The position numbers were made by a program, and so were the translations under genes. Positions 8,665-18,070 of a DNA stretch of 37,664 bases are shown piece by piece. A model generated the notes under the pieces. The model saw only the letters and a program-made list of their open reading frames with translations, ran no database searches and was not told the DNA's origin. Every line of letters starts with the position of its first letter. Position 1 is the first letter of the stretch. The DNA is from a virus (taxonomy: Duplodnaviria; Caudoviricetes): positions 1 through 37,664 of IMG/VR virus record IMGVR_UViG_3300026125_000008. One strand, given 5' to 3'.

Positions 8665-9179
8665 GTTTAGCAACAGATTTTGATGGTATTCAAAGACCAT
8701 TATTTATAAGAAGATTAGAAAATAATGGAAGTGATTTAATGAATGTAGATGGTTCTATTACACCAGTATCATTTAAATTACAACCAGCAAGTAATGAGAT
8801 TTTAAGAGTATCAAATTGGTTTATTTATATTGAGGATGAAAAAGGATTTAATATAACAGATTATGGTGCATTAGCAGGACCTTTAACAAATGGATTAGAA
8901 ATTAAAGCCTCAATAGGTGGAAGATATGGACCACTTATTTCATTTAATGTAAAAAGTAATGCAGATATTATTTCAGTAGCATATGATATGGATTTAAAAA
9001 CTTGGGGAAATGATAATGATGTATTAGTAGCAAAGATTGATTTTACAAATATGGGTCAATTTGTAAGACTTGATGGTTCACAAGGTGATTTTCTTGAAGT
9101 AATAGTAAATGATAATTTAACTAATTTAGGGAAACAAGTAATAACTGCACAAGGTTATATAGAAGATAAGGTATTTTAA
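8661..9179 (+). CDS. Hypothetical protein, possibly virion-associated
   Basis: 172 aa beta-rich ORF, ATGA overlap with TerS. Confidence 0.7.
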   Translation: MSLATDFDGIQRPLFIRRLENNGSDLMNVDGSITPVSFKLQPASNEILRVSNWFIYIEDEKGFNITDYGALAGPLTNGLEIKASIGGRYGPLISFNVKSNADIISVAYDMDLKTWGNDNDVLVAKIDFTNMGQFVRLDGSQGDFLEVIVNDNLTNLGKQVITAQGYIEDKVF

Positions 9180-9182
9180 TTT

Positions 9183-10001
9183 ATGCAAGAAAAAGAAATA
9201 GAACAATTAAAAAAACAACTACAACACCTCCAACAAGAAAATCAAACTTTGAATACAGAAATAAATAATTTAAAATCATGTAAAAAGTTTGGTTTAGTTT
9301 GGGAACAAAAAGAAGAATTTTTTGTAAAAGAAATAAATGAAAATACTATTATTTTTAAGGATTATTTTTATAATAAAAGAACAGACTTAATTTTAACAAA
9401 AAAAGGAACAAATAGTTATTATATAAATAAAAATCAAATTGTTTATAAAAAAGTAAAAGACATTGAAATATCATATTGTAAAAGAATGGTTCCAAAATTT
9501 AAAAAAATAAATGGTAGACTTCCATTAGACAATGATGTAATTGATACATTAGAACCAAATTATTTAAGAGATGTTATTAATGTTCCAGCGTTTAGAAGTA
9601 GTGACTTTTTAAAACAATTTGGTTTTCTTTTTGATTATCCCAAACCTCATAATTTAATTAAAATATTATTAAATTTACACACAAATAAAAACTCAATCAT
9701 TCTTGATTTCTTCTCAGGTTCAGGAACAACTGGACACGCAGTTCAACAATTAAACAAAGAAGACGGTGGAAATAGACAATATATAATGTGTACTAATAAT
9801 GAAAATGGTATTTGTGAAAATATTACATATGAGAGAATGAAAAGAATAAATGACCCTGAAAGTTTTGGACTTGATACTAAAAAAGTAGAACCATTACCAC
9901 ATAATTTAAAGTATCTAAAAATAGAACACAGAACAAAAATGTCAGCAACAACAAATAATAAAACAATAGAGAAGTTATTTATAAATAGAGAGGGGAAATA
10001 A
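9183..10001 (+). CDS. Internally deleted type III Mod-like DNA methyltransferase fragment with a chimeric C-terminus
   Basis: KKFGLVWE, FDYPKP, ILDFFSGSGTTGHAV and DGGNRQYIMCTNNE are present, but no DPPY/NPPY catalytic motif; the last 26 aa resemble the end of 5821..6669. Confidence 0.75.
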   Translation: MQEKEIEQLKKQLQHLQQENQTLNTEINNLKSCKKFGLVWEQKEEFFVKEINENTIIFKDYFYNKRTDLILTKKGTNSYYINKNQIVYKKVKDIEISYCKRMVPKFKKINGRLPLDNDVIDTLEPNYLRDVINVPAFRSSDFLKQFGFLFDYPKPHNLIKILLNLHTNKNSIILDFFSGSGTTGHAVQQLNKEDGGNRQYIMCTNNENGICENITYERMKRINDPESFGLDTKKVEPLPHNLKYLKIEHRTKMSATTNNKTIEKLFINREGK

Positions 10002-12413
10002 ATGGAAAAAAAGACTGTTCCTGAATATTTAGCAGAATTAGATTATGATTTTAAAAATTATATTCCTTCAAAATCTTCTGTAAAGTTTATAAATTTTATT
10101 AAATTAGTAAATTATTCAAAAGGTGGTGAAGAAAATAAAAGTCCAGTAGTGCATATGAAAATGTTGGATAGTGTATTTAATGCTCAAAAAAGAACAGCAA
10201 TTATGTGTCATAGGGGGATTGCAAAAGCACTTTCATTAGATAGTAAATTATATACAGATAATGGAATAATAACAATTAAAGATTGTAAAGTTGGAGATAA
10301 AATTATAGGTGAGAATGGACAATTTACAACAATAACACATAAAAGTGAAATCTTTAATAAGAAAATGTATAAAATAACATTAGAAGATGGAAGAAGTATA
10401 AAAGTAAGTGAAGACCATATAAATACAGTTATTCATAGAAGAAGAGTTGCATTATCACCTAAAAAGGGGACTACTATAATTGAGAGAAGGGATTTAACAA
10501 CAAAAGACTTATTAAAGTATGCCTTAACTTCACCAAGAGGGGCTACAAAAAGAAATCCAAAGGGGTATGAAAATAATTTTTGGATACCTTTACCAGAACC
10601 AGCACAATATAGTGAAAAACAATTAAAAAAAGACCCTTATGAATATGGAGTAGAATTATCAAAAAGAACAGAAGATAATCCTATACCTAATCAATATTTA
10701 TTTTCTTCTTTTAATCAAAGATTGGAATTATTAAAAGGGTATATGGATAATAAAGGAATAATAACAAATAAAGGTTCAGTTTCTTTTAAATGTGAATATG
10801 AATTACTTAAAGAGAGTTTAATGACACTTATTTATAGTTTAGGTGGAATTGCAAAGAAGAGTGGTTTTAATGTAAATATTCAAATAAATATAAACCTTTT
10901 TAAAGAAGAAAGCAAAGCAAGAAATTTTAAAGATAATTCAAAAAATAAAATAGCAATAGAGAGAATTGAAGAAATAGAGATAGAACCTTCACAATGTATT
11001 TCAGTAGATAATGAGAGTAAAACTTTTTTAACAGATAATTATATAGTTACTCATAATACTACTTTAATGGCAGAGTATATGTTCTTATATATAGCAACTT
11101 TTGGAAAATTAGATGGTTTTGGTAAAATTGATTTGGCTATTTATGTATCAGATAGTATAGAGAATGGTGTAAAGAATTTAAGAAGAAATATAGAATATAG
11201 ATATGAAGAAAGTGAGTTTTTAAAAGACCACATACCTTATATAAGGTTTACAGATACAAGATTAGAGTTTAGGAATAAAGAAGGTCATGTATTTATTGTA
11301 AAAATGTATGGTGCAAAAACAGGTGTAAGGGGGTCAAAAGAAAAAGGTATGAGACCACAATTAGCAGTATTAGATGACTTAGTATCAGATGAAGATGCAA
11401 GGTCTCAAACAATTATATCTACAATTGAAGATACAGTGCATAAAGCAGTATCAAAAGCCCTACACCCTACAAGAAGTAAGACTATATGGTTGGGAACTCC
11501 ATTTAATCAAGGAGACCCATTATATAAAGCAGTAGAAAGTGGTGCTTGGAATGTAAGTGTTTATCCAGTTGCAGAGAGTTTTGATGAGTTTACTAAACCA
11601 GATAATTTTAAAAGTGCTTGGCCTGATAGATTTACTTATGAATATGTAAAAGATGAGTATGAGAGTGCAAAGAAGCAAGGAAAATTAGATGGATTTTTTC
11701 AGGAGTTAATGTTGGAAGTTATAAGTGATGAAGAGAGAGTAATAAAGGATGAGGATATTATTCCTTATGATTATATGAAGATAAAAGATAATATAGATGA
11801 AATGAACATTTATATAACAACAGACTTTGCAACAAGTGAAAAGGGGAGTGCTGACTACTCTGCAATTTCAGTTTGGGGTGTAAATAATAATGATAACTGG
11901 ATTTGGTTAGATGGAATATGTTCAAGACAACTAATGAATAAGAATATAGATCAATTATTTAAGTTTGTGCAAATATATAAACCTATGAGTGTTGGAGTTG
12001 AGGTTTCAGGACAACAAGGTGGTTTCATTCAATGGATAAAAAATGAAATGATGAATAGAAGGATATATTTTAATCTTGCTTCTGCAAATAATACAAATAA
12101 AGAAGGAATAAGACCAAGGAAAAATAAACTTGAAAGAATGTTAGAGGTTCAACCAAGATTTAAACAAAAAAAGATATGGCTTCCAGAAAATCATAGAAAA
12201 GAAGTAATAAATGAAATGAAGCAAGAATTAAAAGGAATTACTATGACAGGTATTAAATCAAAACATGACGACCTTTTAGATACAATTTCTATGATGAATG
12301 AAATGCCAATTGTAGTTCCAAGTGTAGAACAGACTTTAAGATATGATAGTATTCATGAGGAATGGATTACAGATGATTATGATAATAACAATAATTCATA
12401 TATAATTGACTAA
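10002..12413 (+). CDS. terL: Terminase large subunit (N4 gp68-like) containing an intein
   Basis: Walker A HRGIAK/TT split by an intein, Walker B AVLDD, GTP coupling motif, nuclease motifs TTDFA and KHDDLLD. Confidence 0.92.
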   Translation: MEKKTVPEYLAELDYDFKNYIPSKSSVKFINFIKLVNYSKGGEENKSPVVHMKMLDSVFNAQKRTAIMCHRGIAKALSLDSKLYTDNGIITIKDCKVGDKIIGENGQFTTITHKSEIFNKKMYKITLEDGRSIKVSEDHINTVIHRRRVALSPKKGTTIIERRDLTTKDLLKYALTSPRGATKRNPKGYENNFWIPLPEPAQYSEKQLKKDPYEYGVELSKRTEDNPIPNQYLFSSFNQRLELLKGYMDNKGIITNKGSVSFKCEYELLKESLMTLIYSLGGIAKKSGFNVNIQININLFKEESKARNFKDNSKNKIAIERIEEIEIEPSQCISVDNESKTFLTDNYIVTHNTTLMAEYMFLYIATFGKLDGFGKIDLAIYVSDSIENGVKNLRRNIEYRYEESEFLKDHIPYIRFTDTRLEFRNKEGHVFIVKMYGAKTGVRGSKEKGMRPQLAVLDDLVSDEDARSQTIISTIEDTVHKAVSKALHPTRSKTIWLGTPFNQGDPLYKAVESGAWNVSVYPVAESFDEFTKPDNFKSAWPDRFTYEYVKDEYESAKKQGKLDGFFQELMLEVISDEERVIKDEDIIPYDYMKIKDNIDEMNIYITTDFATSEKGSADYSAISVWGVNNNDNWIWLDGICSRQLMNKNIDQLFKFVQIYKPMSVGVEVSGQQGGFIQWIKNEMMNRRIYFNLASANNTNKEGIRPRKNKLERMLEVQPRFKQKKIWLPENHRKEVINEMKQELKGITMTGIKSKHDDLLDTISMMNEMPIVVPSVEQTLRYDSIHEEWITDDYDNNNNSYIID
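10227..11057 (+). mobile_element. 277 aa intein with a degenerate LAGLIDADG domain
   Basis: Starts ALSLDS, block B SEDH, block F SQCISV, ends IVTHN followed by Thr; removing it restores the Walker A motif. Confidence 0.9.
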
Positions 12414-12424
12414 AAGGAAAGTAA

Positions 12425-13012
12425 ATGATAGCACAAGAAATATTAAACAATACATTACCACTAATTTCAGGTATGAAAGTTGAAAAAGATAAAGATTTTG
12501 ATACATTACTTACTCATTTTAATTTTGCAAAGAATAGAATAGCAAGAGATACTTTTTTATGGATTGGTGGTGAAACTATTACACTAACAGAAGAAAATAT
12601 TTATACTCTTTCTACTTTACCTTTACAAATTATAGAAGTATATGATGATAGTCTTCAAATAAGACCAAGAAATACAATGAATTATTTAGGTTATACTCAA
12701 ATATCACCTAATCAAATACATGTAAATACACCAGAAGTAGGTGTAGTATTAAATATAAATTATTATGAAGAACCAGAAGATTATACACTTGTAGATGAAG
12801 TTTTAATACCAAAAGATTTAATTGAGGCAATGCAACACTATGTTGCTTATAGGGTTTATTCTGTATATAAAAGTGAAAAAGAAGATAGTAAAAAAGCACT
12901 ACATTTACAAGAATATAACAAATTAGTAGATGAGTATTTAAGTAAAACAGATATGAATGACTTAAATTCAATAGAAGAAACTGATTTAATTTTTCAAAAG
13001 GGGTTAGTATAA
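12425..13012 (+). CDS. Putative head-tail adaptor/completion protein
   Basis: Directly follows TerL; IPKDLIEAMQHYVAYRVY resembles adaptor-family helices. Confidence 0.55.
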   Translation: MIAQEILNNTLPLISGMKVEKDKDFDTLLTHFNFAKNRIARDTFLWIGGETITLTEENIYTLSTLPLQIIEVYDDSLQIRPRNTMNYLGYTQISPNQIHVNTPEVGVVLNINYYEEPEDYTLVDEVLIPKDLIEAMQHYVAYRVYSVYKSEKEDSKKALHLQEYNKLVDEYLSKTDMNDLNSIEETDLIFQKGLV

Positions 13013-13602
13013 TGGCTTTTAATGTTCCAAAAAGTAATGCAGGAAATAGTGTATTTCCTTATAGAAATGAATATGTAATAGGTATTAAGAATGTAGAAGT
13101 AGTTCAATTACCTATTGGGTCAAGACCAGAAGTGTCTTGGAATGCAGAGACAGAGACATTAGTATTTAAAATTGCTAATAATAGTGAAGGTTTAGAAGTA
13201 TTAGCTCCACATGCAGATAATATAGGATTATTATCATCACATATAGATGAAATTGCTGCATTAGGTGAGTTTGTAGTAGATGATAGAATTATATTTATTG
13301 ATAATGAATATTTAGCAACACAAGGGCAAGTAGATTTTACTTTTATGTACACAGATAATTTACTTAAAATTGAAGTTTTTTATAATGGTAGGTTATTAAG
13401 TGAAGATGATTGGTATGCACATGATTATGATACAATCACTTTAAATGCACCAGTTGATGTTGATAATGATATCATTTATATAAGAGCATGGCATAGGATC
13501 AAAATATTTGATACAATAGGCTCAGATGAAGCAACAGTAATTGCAGACCAAGAAATTGTAATGGATACTGGGACTGTATCAGATTTTGAAGGAGAGTTAT
13601 AA
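13012..13602 (+). CDS. Virion structural/fibre-associated protein
   Basis: ATQGQVDF...VFYNG...TITL beta domain seen in phage virion proteins; C-terminal GTVSDFEGEL. Confidence 0.6.
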   Translation: MAFNVPKSNAGNSVFPYRNEYVIGIKNVEVVQLPIGSRPEVSWNAETETLVFKIANNSEGLEVLAPHADNIGLLSSHIDEIAALGEFVVDDRIIFIDNEYLATQGQVDFTFMYTDNLLKIEVFYNGRLLSEDDWYAHDYDTITLNAPVDVDNDIIYIRAWHRIKIFDTIGSDEATVIADQEIVMDTGTVSDFEGEL

Positions 13603-13651
13603 TCTCACCAACACCTTTAACCCTAATTAAAAAATAGGAGACCACTTAATT

Positions 13652-13969
13652 ATGAGTAGAATTAGAGAGAGGATTACCAGTGCCTCAATACAATCAACTG
13701 CTGGTTTTGATAGTGTTGAAAACTCAATACTTATAACAACAAATAGAATAGAAATTATAAATAATGAAATAACTTTACCAAAAAGAGGTTATGGAAATAT
13801 TGTATGGAATATGGCTATGATATTTGAAAATAATATAGATAATATTATTGTTGCGGAAGCAACTTGTAATATGGGGCTAGAAGGAACAACAGCAGTTTTT
13901 GATAGTAATGACAACTTAAATGGAAAATTTGCTGTAATAAGTTATTTAGGAAAGATAAATGAAGAGTAA
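13652..13969 (+). CDS. Hypothetical structural protein sharing a domain with 14214..15413 and 15662..16189
   Basis: AGGAG RBS; internal similarity seen by eye. Confidence 0.65.
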   Translation: MSRIRERITSASIQSTAGFDSVENSILITTNRIEIINNEITLPKRGYGNIVWNMAMIFENNIDNIIVAEATCNMGLEGTTAVFDSNDNLNGKFAVISYLGKINEE

Positions 13970-14177
13970 AGTTAAATTAAATGACCATTATTTTATAGCA
14001 TGGTTGAATATAAAGAAAGAAATAGAGTATTACATAGAAGATGGTAAAATACTTGTAGAGATGACACCAAAGGAATATGGTGAATATCTTGAAGAATATA
14101 GGGAAGATTATAAACCTGTATTATCAAAGATAAGAAAAGTTGTAAAAGAATTAAACAACTTAACCTCTAAACCTTAA
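13959..14177 (+). CDS. Small hypothetical protein
   Basis: 72 aa ORF overlapping the previous gene, AGGA RBS. Confidence 0.65.
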   Translation: MKSKVKLNDHYFIAWLNIKKEIEYYIEDGKILVEMTPKEYGEYLEEYREDYKPVLSKIRKVVKELNNLTSKP

Positions 14178-14213
14178 CAGGTTAAAATATATATATAAAA
14201 AAGGGAGAATACA

Positions 14214-15413
14214 ATGGGTGTATTATTAAGATCAAAGTCGGTTATCTATGGATTGGATTCAGATTTAGCAACTTTAACAGCGGCGGATTTAACATTACAA
14301 GGGAATATTGATGCAGAAGAAGCTTCAAGAATTAGTGAAGATGGTGTTTTAGATGGAAAAATTACTGCTGAGAAAAACAGAGCAGAAGGTGTAGAGGGTT
14401 CTTTATCTTTATTATCAACTACTGATAAAACAGATTTAGTTTCTGCAATCAATGAAGTTGCAGGTAATGGTGGAGCAGCAGTTTCTACTTTATCAAGTGA
14501 TTTAGCAACAGAAGAAGCGGCAAGAATTGCAGCAGATGGTGTATTACAAGATAATATTGATATTGAAGAGACTGCAAGAATTGCTGCTGATAATGGTTTA
14601 TCTTCTGATATTGCAACTGTTGCTGGTGATTTAGCACAAGAAGTAACTGATAGAACAAATGCAGATACAACTTTACAATCTAACATTGATGCAGAAAAAG
14701 CAAGAATTGATGCAATCTTAGCAGGTGCTAGTGCAAATACTGATACTTTTGCAGAGGTTGTAACTTTAATTAACTCTGTTGATACTGCTAATGACCAAGC
14801 ATTTGCTGGTTATGTATTATCAAATGATGCAGCAGTTGCACAAAATGCTTCTGATATTGCAACAAATGCAAGTGATATTGCAACTGAAATTTCTGATAGA
14901 ATTGCTGGTGATAGTGCTACTTTAACTTCTGCTAATTCTTACACAGATGGTGAAATCACTACATTAGATGGTTTAGCACAAGGTTATGCTTCAACTGCTG
15001 AATCTAATGCAAACTCTTATACAGATGGAAGAGAAGTAGCAATTACTTCTGCTTATGAGGCTTATGCTGATACTGCTGAGTCTGATGCAATTACTTCTGC
15101 AAACTCTTATACTGATGGTGAAATTGCTACTCTTGACGCTGCTGTTGCTGCTGATATTGATGCAATTACTGTTGCTAATATGAGTGAAGTTTTAGTTGTT
15201 TCTGGTGATAATATCACTTTAACTAAAGCAGCATTAAATGATGTAATCTTTAACTTCTCTTGTGTAAGACATACTGATGCAACAACTGGTGTTTCTTATG
15301 ATATTCCAGTAACAAAAGTATCTGGTTCAACTTGGTTATTACATGGTGATACAGCAGGTCAATTTGATACTAAATCTGTAATGGTTCAATACCAATACAA
15401 CCCAACTATCTAA
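14214..15413 (+). CDS. Coiled-coil fibre protein
   Basis: Repeated ExxARIAAD and ANSYTD units, ILAGA...DTFAE fibre motif, Ala/Asp/Thr-rich. Confidence 0.75.
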   Translation: MGVLLRSKSVIYGLDSDLATLTAADLTLQGNIDAEEASRISEDGVLDGKITAEKNRAEGVEGSLSLLSTTDKTDLVSAINEVAGNGGAAVSTLSSDLATEEAARIAADGVLQDNIDIEETARIAADNGLSSDIATVAGDLAQEVTDRTNADTTLQSNIDAEKARIDAILAGASANTDTFAEVVTLINSVDTANDQAFAGYVLSNDAAVAQNASDIATNASDIATEISDRIAGDSATLTSANSYTDGEITTLDGLAQGYASTAESNANSYTDGREVAITSAYEAYADTAESDAITSANSYTDGEIATLDAAVAADIDAITVANMSEVLVVSGDNITLTKAALNDVIFNFSCVRHTDATTGVSYDIPVTKVSGSTWLLHGDTAGQFDTKSVMVQYQYNPTI

Positions 15414-15432
15414 TTTAATTATTAAATAGTTG

Positions 15433-15457
15433 ATAAAGGGGGGGAAACCCCCTTTAT
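15433..15457 (+). terminator. Intrinsic terminator-like hairpin
   Basis: ATAAAGGGGG-GGAAA-CCCCCTTTAT after the fibre gene. Confidence 0.7.
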
Positions 15458-15473
15458 TTATAAGGGAGTTTAA

Positions 15474-15650
15474 ATGTTAGTAAAAACTCAATATGATTTA
15501 GAAATAGACAAAATATTAGAAAATGCTAATATAGATTTTGACACTTTTAAAGAAATATCTGATGTGATATTACAATTACAACAAGACATTACATTATTAC
15601 AAGAAAGTCTTGGTTCAATTGAAGACTTTGAGACTTCAATAGCAAATTAA
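15474..15650 (+). CDS. 58 aa mini fibre-like protein, absent from the ORF track
   Basis: GGGAG RBS, ATG at 15474, TAA at 15648-15650; MLVKTQYDLEIDKILENANIDFDTFKEISDVILQLQQDITLLQESLGSIEDFETSIAN fills the gap exactly. Confidence 0.8.
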   Translation: MLVKTQYDLEIDKILENANIDFDTFKEISDVILQLQQDITLLQESLGSIEDFETSIAN

Positions 15651-15661
15651 AAAGGAATAAT

Positions 15662-16189
15662 ATGGGTATTATATATTATAAAAAATATGATAAGACTGTT
15701 GATACAATTGCAGATAGAAATGCTTTAACTCCAATTGATAATATGGTATGTACTGTTAAAGATAGTATTGCTGATATAAATACTAATGGTGGTGTAGCAA
15801 CTTATAGATATAATCAAAGTTTATTACAATGGGTTTTAGTATCTAAATCAAATGAAGATACTTTAAGTTTTGTAACAGAAGAAGTAGTTATATCAAATGG
15901 TTATGCAAACCAAACAAATGTTATATTAGATAATTCAATTTGGGATGTATCAATTTTAGATGGTGATAACATTATAGCAACTCCAAGAAGTGAAGATTTA
16001 GTTATTACTAATACTTCTATTTTTGTTGGAACTGAATATAATGGTTATAAATTAAGATTTACATATAGTTTTGGTGAAATGAGAGCAAATCTTGAAACTT
16101 ATGTAGATAATGCAATTGCAAATATAAATGTAAGTTCTTCTATTGATACAACAGTAGGAACAATTACAGAGTTTGAAGGAGAATTATAA
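15662..16189 (+). CDS. Virion fibre-associated protein
   Basis: VDTIADRNAL motif seen in phage fibres; C-terminal GTITEFEGEL; AAGGA RBS. Confidence 0.65.
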   Translation: MGIIYYKKYDKTVDTIADRNALTPIDNMVCTVKDSIADINTNGGVATYRYNQSLLQWVLVSKSNEDTLSFVTEEVVISNGYANQTNVILDNSIWDVSILDGDNIIATPRSEDLVITNTSIFVGTEYNGYKLRFTYSFGEMRANLETYVDNAIANINVSSSIDTTVGTITEFEGEL

Positions 16190-17703
16190 TGAATTTAGCA
16201 CAAAGAATAGGGCAAGAGTTTAAAACATTAAGAGATAATGAATTAACTCAAAAGGTAGATGTTGAAGTTGGTAAAGGTCTTTCAACAGAAGATTATACAA
16301 CTGCTGAACAAACAAAATTAGCAGGTATAGAGACAGGGGCACAAGTAAATGTGCCTGAAACAGTAACAAGTTTAGTATTAAATGGTGATATTTTAACATT
16401 TACAGATGAAAATGGGGTTGCTACTAATGTTGATTTATCTGCTTATAAAGATGAAGATTATAGAGCAATTTCAAGTGGTGTATTAAACAATGGAATAGTA
16501 ACTTTTACAAGAGATGATACAACTACTTTTACAGTAGATTTATCTGATTTAATTGATGGTTATACATTACCTTCTGATGTAGTTCAAGATGCAAATTATG
16601 TGCATACAGATAATAATTTTAGAACTATTGATAAAACAAAATTAGATGGAATTGAATCAGGAGCACAAGTAAATGATGTTACTTCTGTAAATGGACAAAC
16701 TGGTGATGTAGTAATAAATACCGCTTGGACTGGTGGAACTGTTGGAACTGATATTCATATTGAAAACTCTGCACCTGCAATTTATTTAAAAGATAGTACT
16801 GATAATTTAGAAACTTATATACAACAAAACTCTGGTTATTTATCTACTTTTGTAGGAAATGGTGGTGTTGATGGTGTTGGTAAGTTTAGAATGTTTGGAA
16901 CTTCTGGTAAAAGATTAGCAGAAATCAATTTCCATGCAGATAGTGTAAAACCTTATATTGATAATGTAACTGATTTAGGAACTTCTACAAGAAAATATAA
17001 AGATATTTATGTATCTGGAACTGTTGATGGAAGAAATTTATCAGTAGATGGAACTAAACTTGATGGAATAGAAGCAGGTGCGCAAGTTAATCCAACTTCT
17101 ATTGATAATTTAACAGGTGGAACAATTGATGGTAATTTAAATGTAAATGGTATTTTAACACCTGATGGTTTCTTTATGAGTAATTCATCATTTCCTACTG
17201 CTGTAATCAATTCAGAAGATGAAACAGATGCAGTATTAGAATTAAGAACAAATAGTGATACAAACACAGAATGGACAATAAGAAATGATTACAGTGATAC
17301 TAATTCATTAGATTTTAGATTTAATAATGTTTCAAGTTTTAAAATAAATTCAAATGGTTTATTAAGAGCTACTGAAGGTTTTGATAATTATTTAAAAATA
17401 AAAGGTATTGCTCCATATCAAAGATTTGATGAAACTGATACAAATACTTCTGGAAGAATTACAACAAGCGGTGGAATTACTTACTTACAAAGTGGAGAAC
17501 CAGGAACTGGTGCAACAACTAATACAGATGGAACAGGAAGTGTTTATTTTTCTGGTTATAATGGTTCTAATCTTAACTCTGTAAGAGTAAAAGCAAACAA
17601 TTTAGAGATGGAAACACCAGGTTCTGGTATTAAAATGAAGTCTCCAAATGGGACAGTTTATACATTAACAGTTGATGATGCTGGTAATCTTCAAATAAAC
17701 TAA
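16189..17703 (+). CDS. Tail/head fibre protein
   Basis: GKGLSTEDYT, three TKLxGIExGAQVN repeats, VTSVNGQTGDV, and C-terminal MKSPNGTVYTLTVDDAG. Confidence 0.75.
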   Translation: MNLAQRIGQEFKTLRDNELTQKVDVEVGKGLSTEDYTTAEQTKLAGIETGAQVNVPETVTSLVLNGDILTFTDENGVATNVDLSAYKDEDYRAISSGVLNNGIVTFTRDDTTTFTVDLSDLIDGYTLPSDVVQDANYVHTDNNFRTIDKTKLDGIESGAQVNDVTSVNGQTGDVVINTAWTGGTVGTDIHIENSAPAIYLKDSTDNLETYIQQNSGYLSTFVGNGGVDGVGKFRMFGTSGKRLAEINFHADSVKPYIDNVTDLGTSTRKYKDIYVSGTVDGRNLSVDGTKLDGIEAGAQVNPTSIDNLTGGTIDGNLNVNGILTPDGFFMSNSSFPTAVINSEDETDAVLELRTNSDTNTEWTIRNDYSDTNSLDFRFNNVSSFKINSNGLLRATEGFDNYLKIKGIAPYQRFDETDTNTSGRITTSGGITYLQSGEPGTGATTNTDGTGSVYFSGYNGSNLNSVRVKANNLEMETPGSGIKMKSPNGTVYTLTVDDAGNLQIN

Positions 17704-17714
17704 TAACCTTTTAA

Positions 17715-17735
17715 ATAGAGGGAAACCCCCTCTAT
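17715..17735 (+). terminator. Hairpin after the fibre gene
   Basis: ATAGAGGG-AAACC-CCCTCTAT; weak U tract. Confidence 0.5.
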
Positions 17736-17766
17736 ACCATTTGATAATTTAAAAAAAAGGAAAGGA

Positions 17767-18069
17767 ATGGATAAAAATAATATAAATATGCAAGATTATT
17801 TAATAATTCTTCATGAAAATCAATTATCTATTAAAAACTTAACTGCTAATGTTGAAAAATTATCACTACATTTGGACAAAATGGTAGAAAAACAAACTGA
17901 AATGTTATTAGAACATAAAGATTTAGAACTTACTAAAAAAGATATATCTGGTTTAGGAACAAGAGTATCAAAATTGGAAAACTCTTTAAATTGGGTTGTA
18001 AGGTCTCTTTTTGGAGCAATTATAACAATTGGTGTAGGAATGATTTTATTTACATTAAAAGGTGGTTGA
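17767..18069 (+). CDS. Lysis-module membrane protein (XhlA-like: coiled coil plus C-terminal TM helix)
   Basis: RVSKLENSLNWVVR followed by a hydrophobic segment; adjacent to the holin. Confidence 0.6.
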   Translation: MDKNNINMQDYLIILHENQLSIKNLTANVEKLSLHLDKMVEKQTEMLLEHKDLELTKKDISGLGTRVSKLENSLNWVVRSLFGAIITIGVGMILFTLKGG

Positions 18070-18070
18070 T

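Noticed and set aside
16300-17100. Fibre repeats as a diversity-generating retroelement or invertible cassette
   Set aside because: No reverse transcriptase or serine invertase is present; the repeats are ordinary diverged protein repeats without adenine-specific variation.
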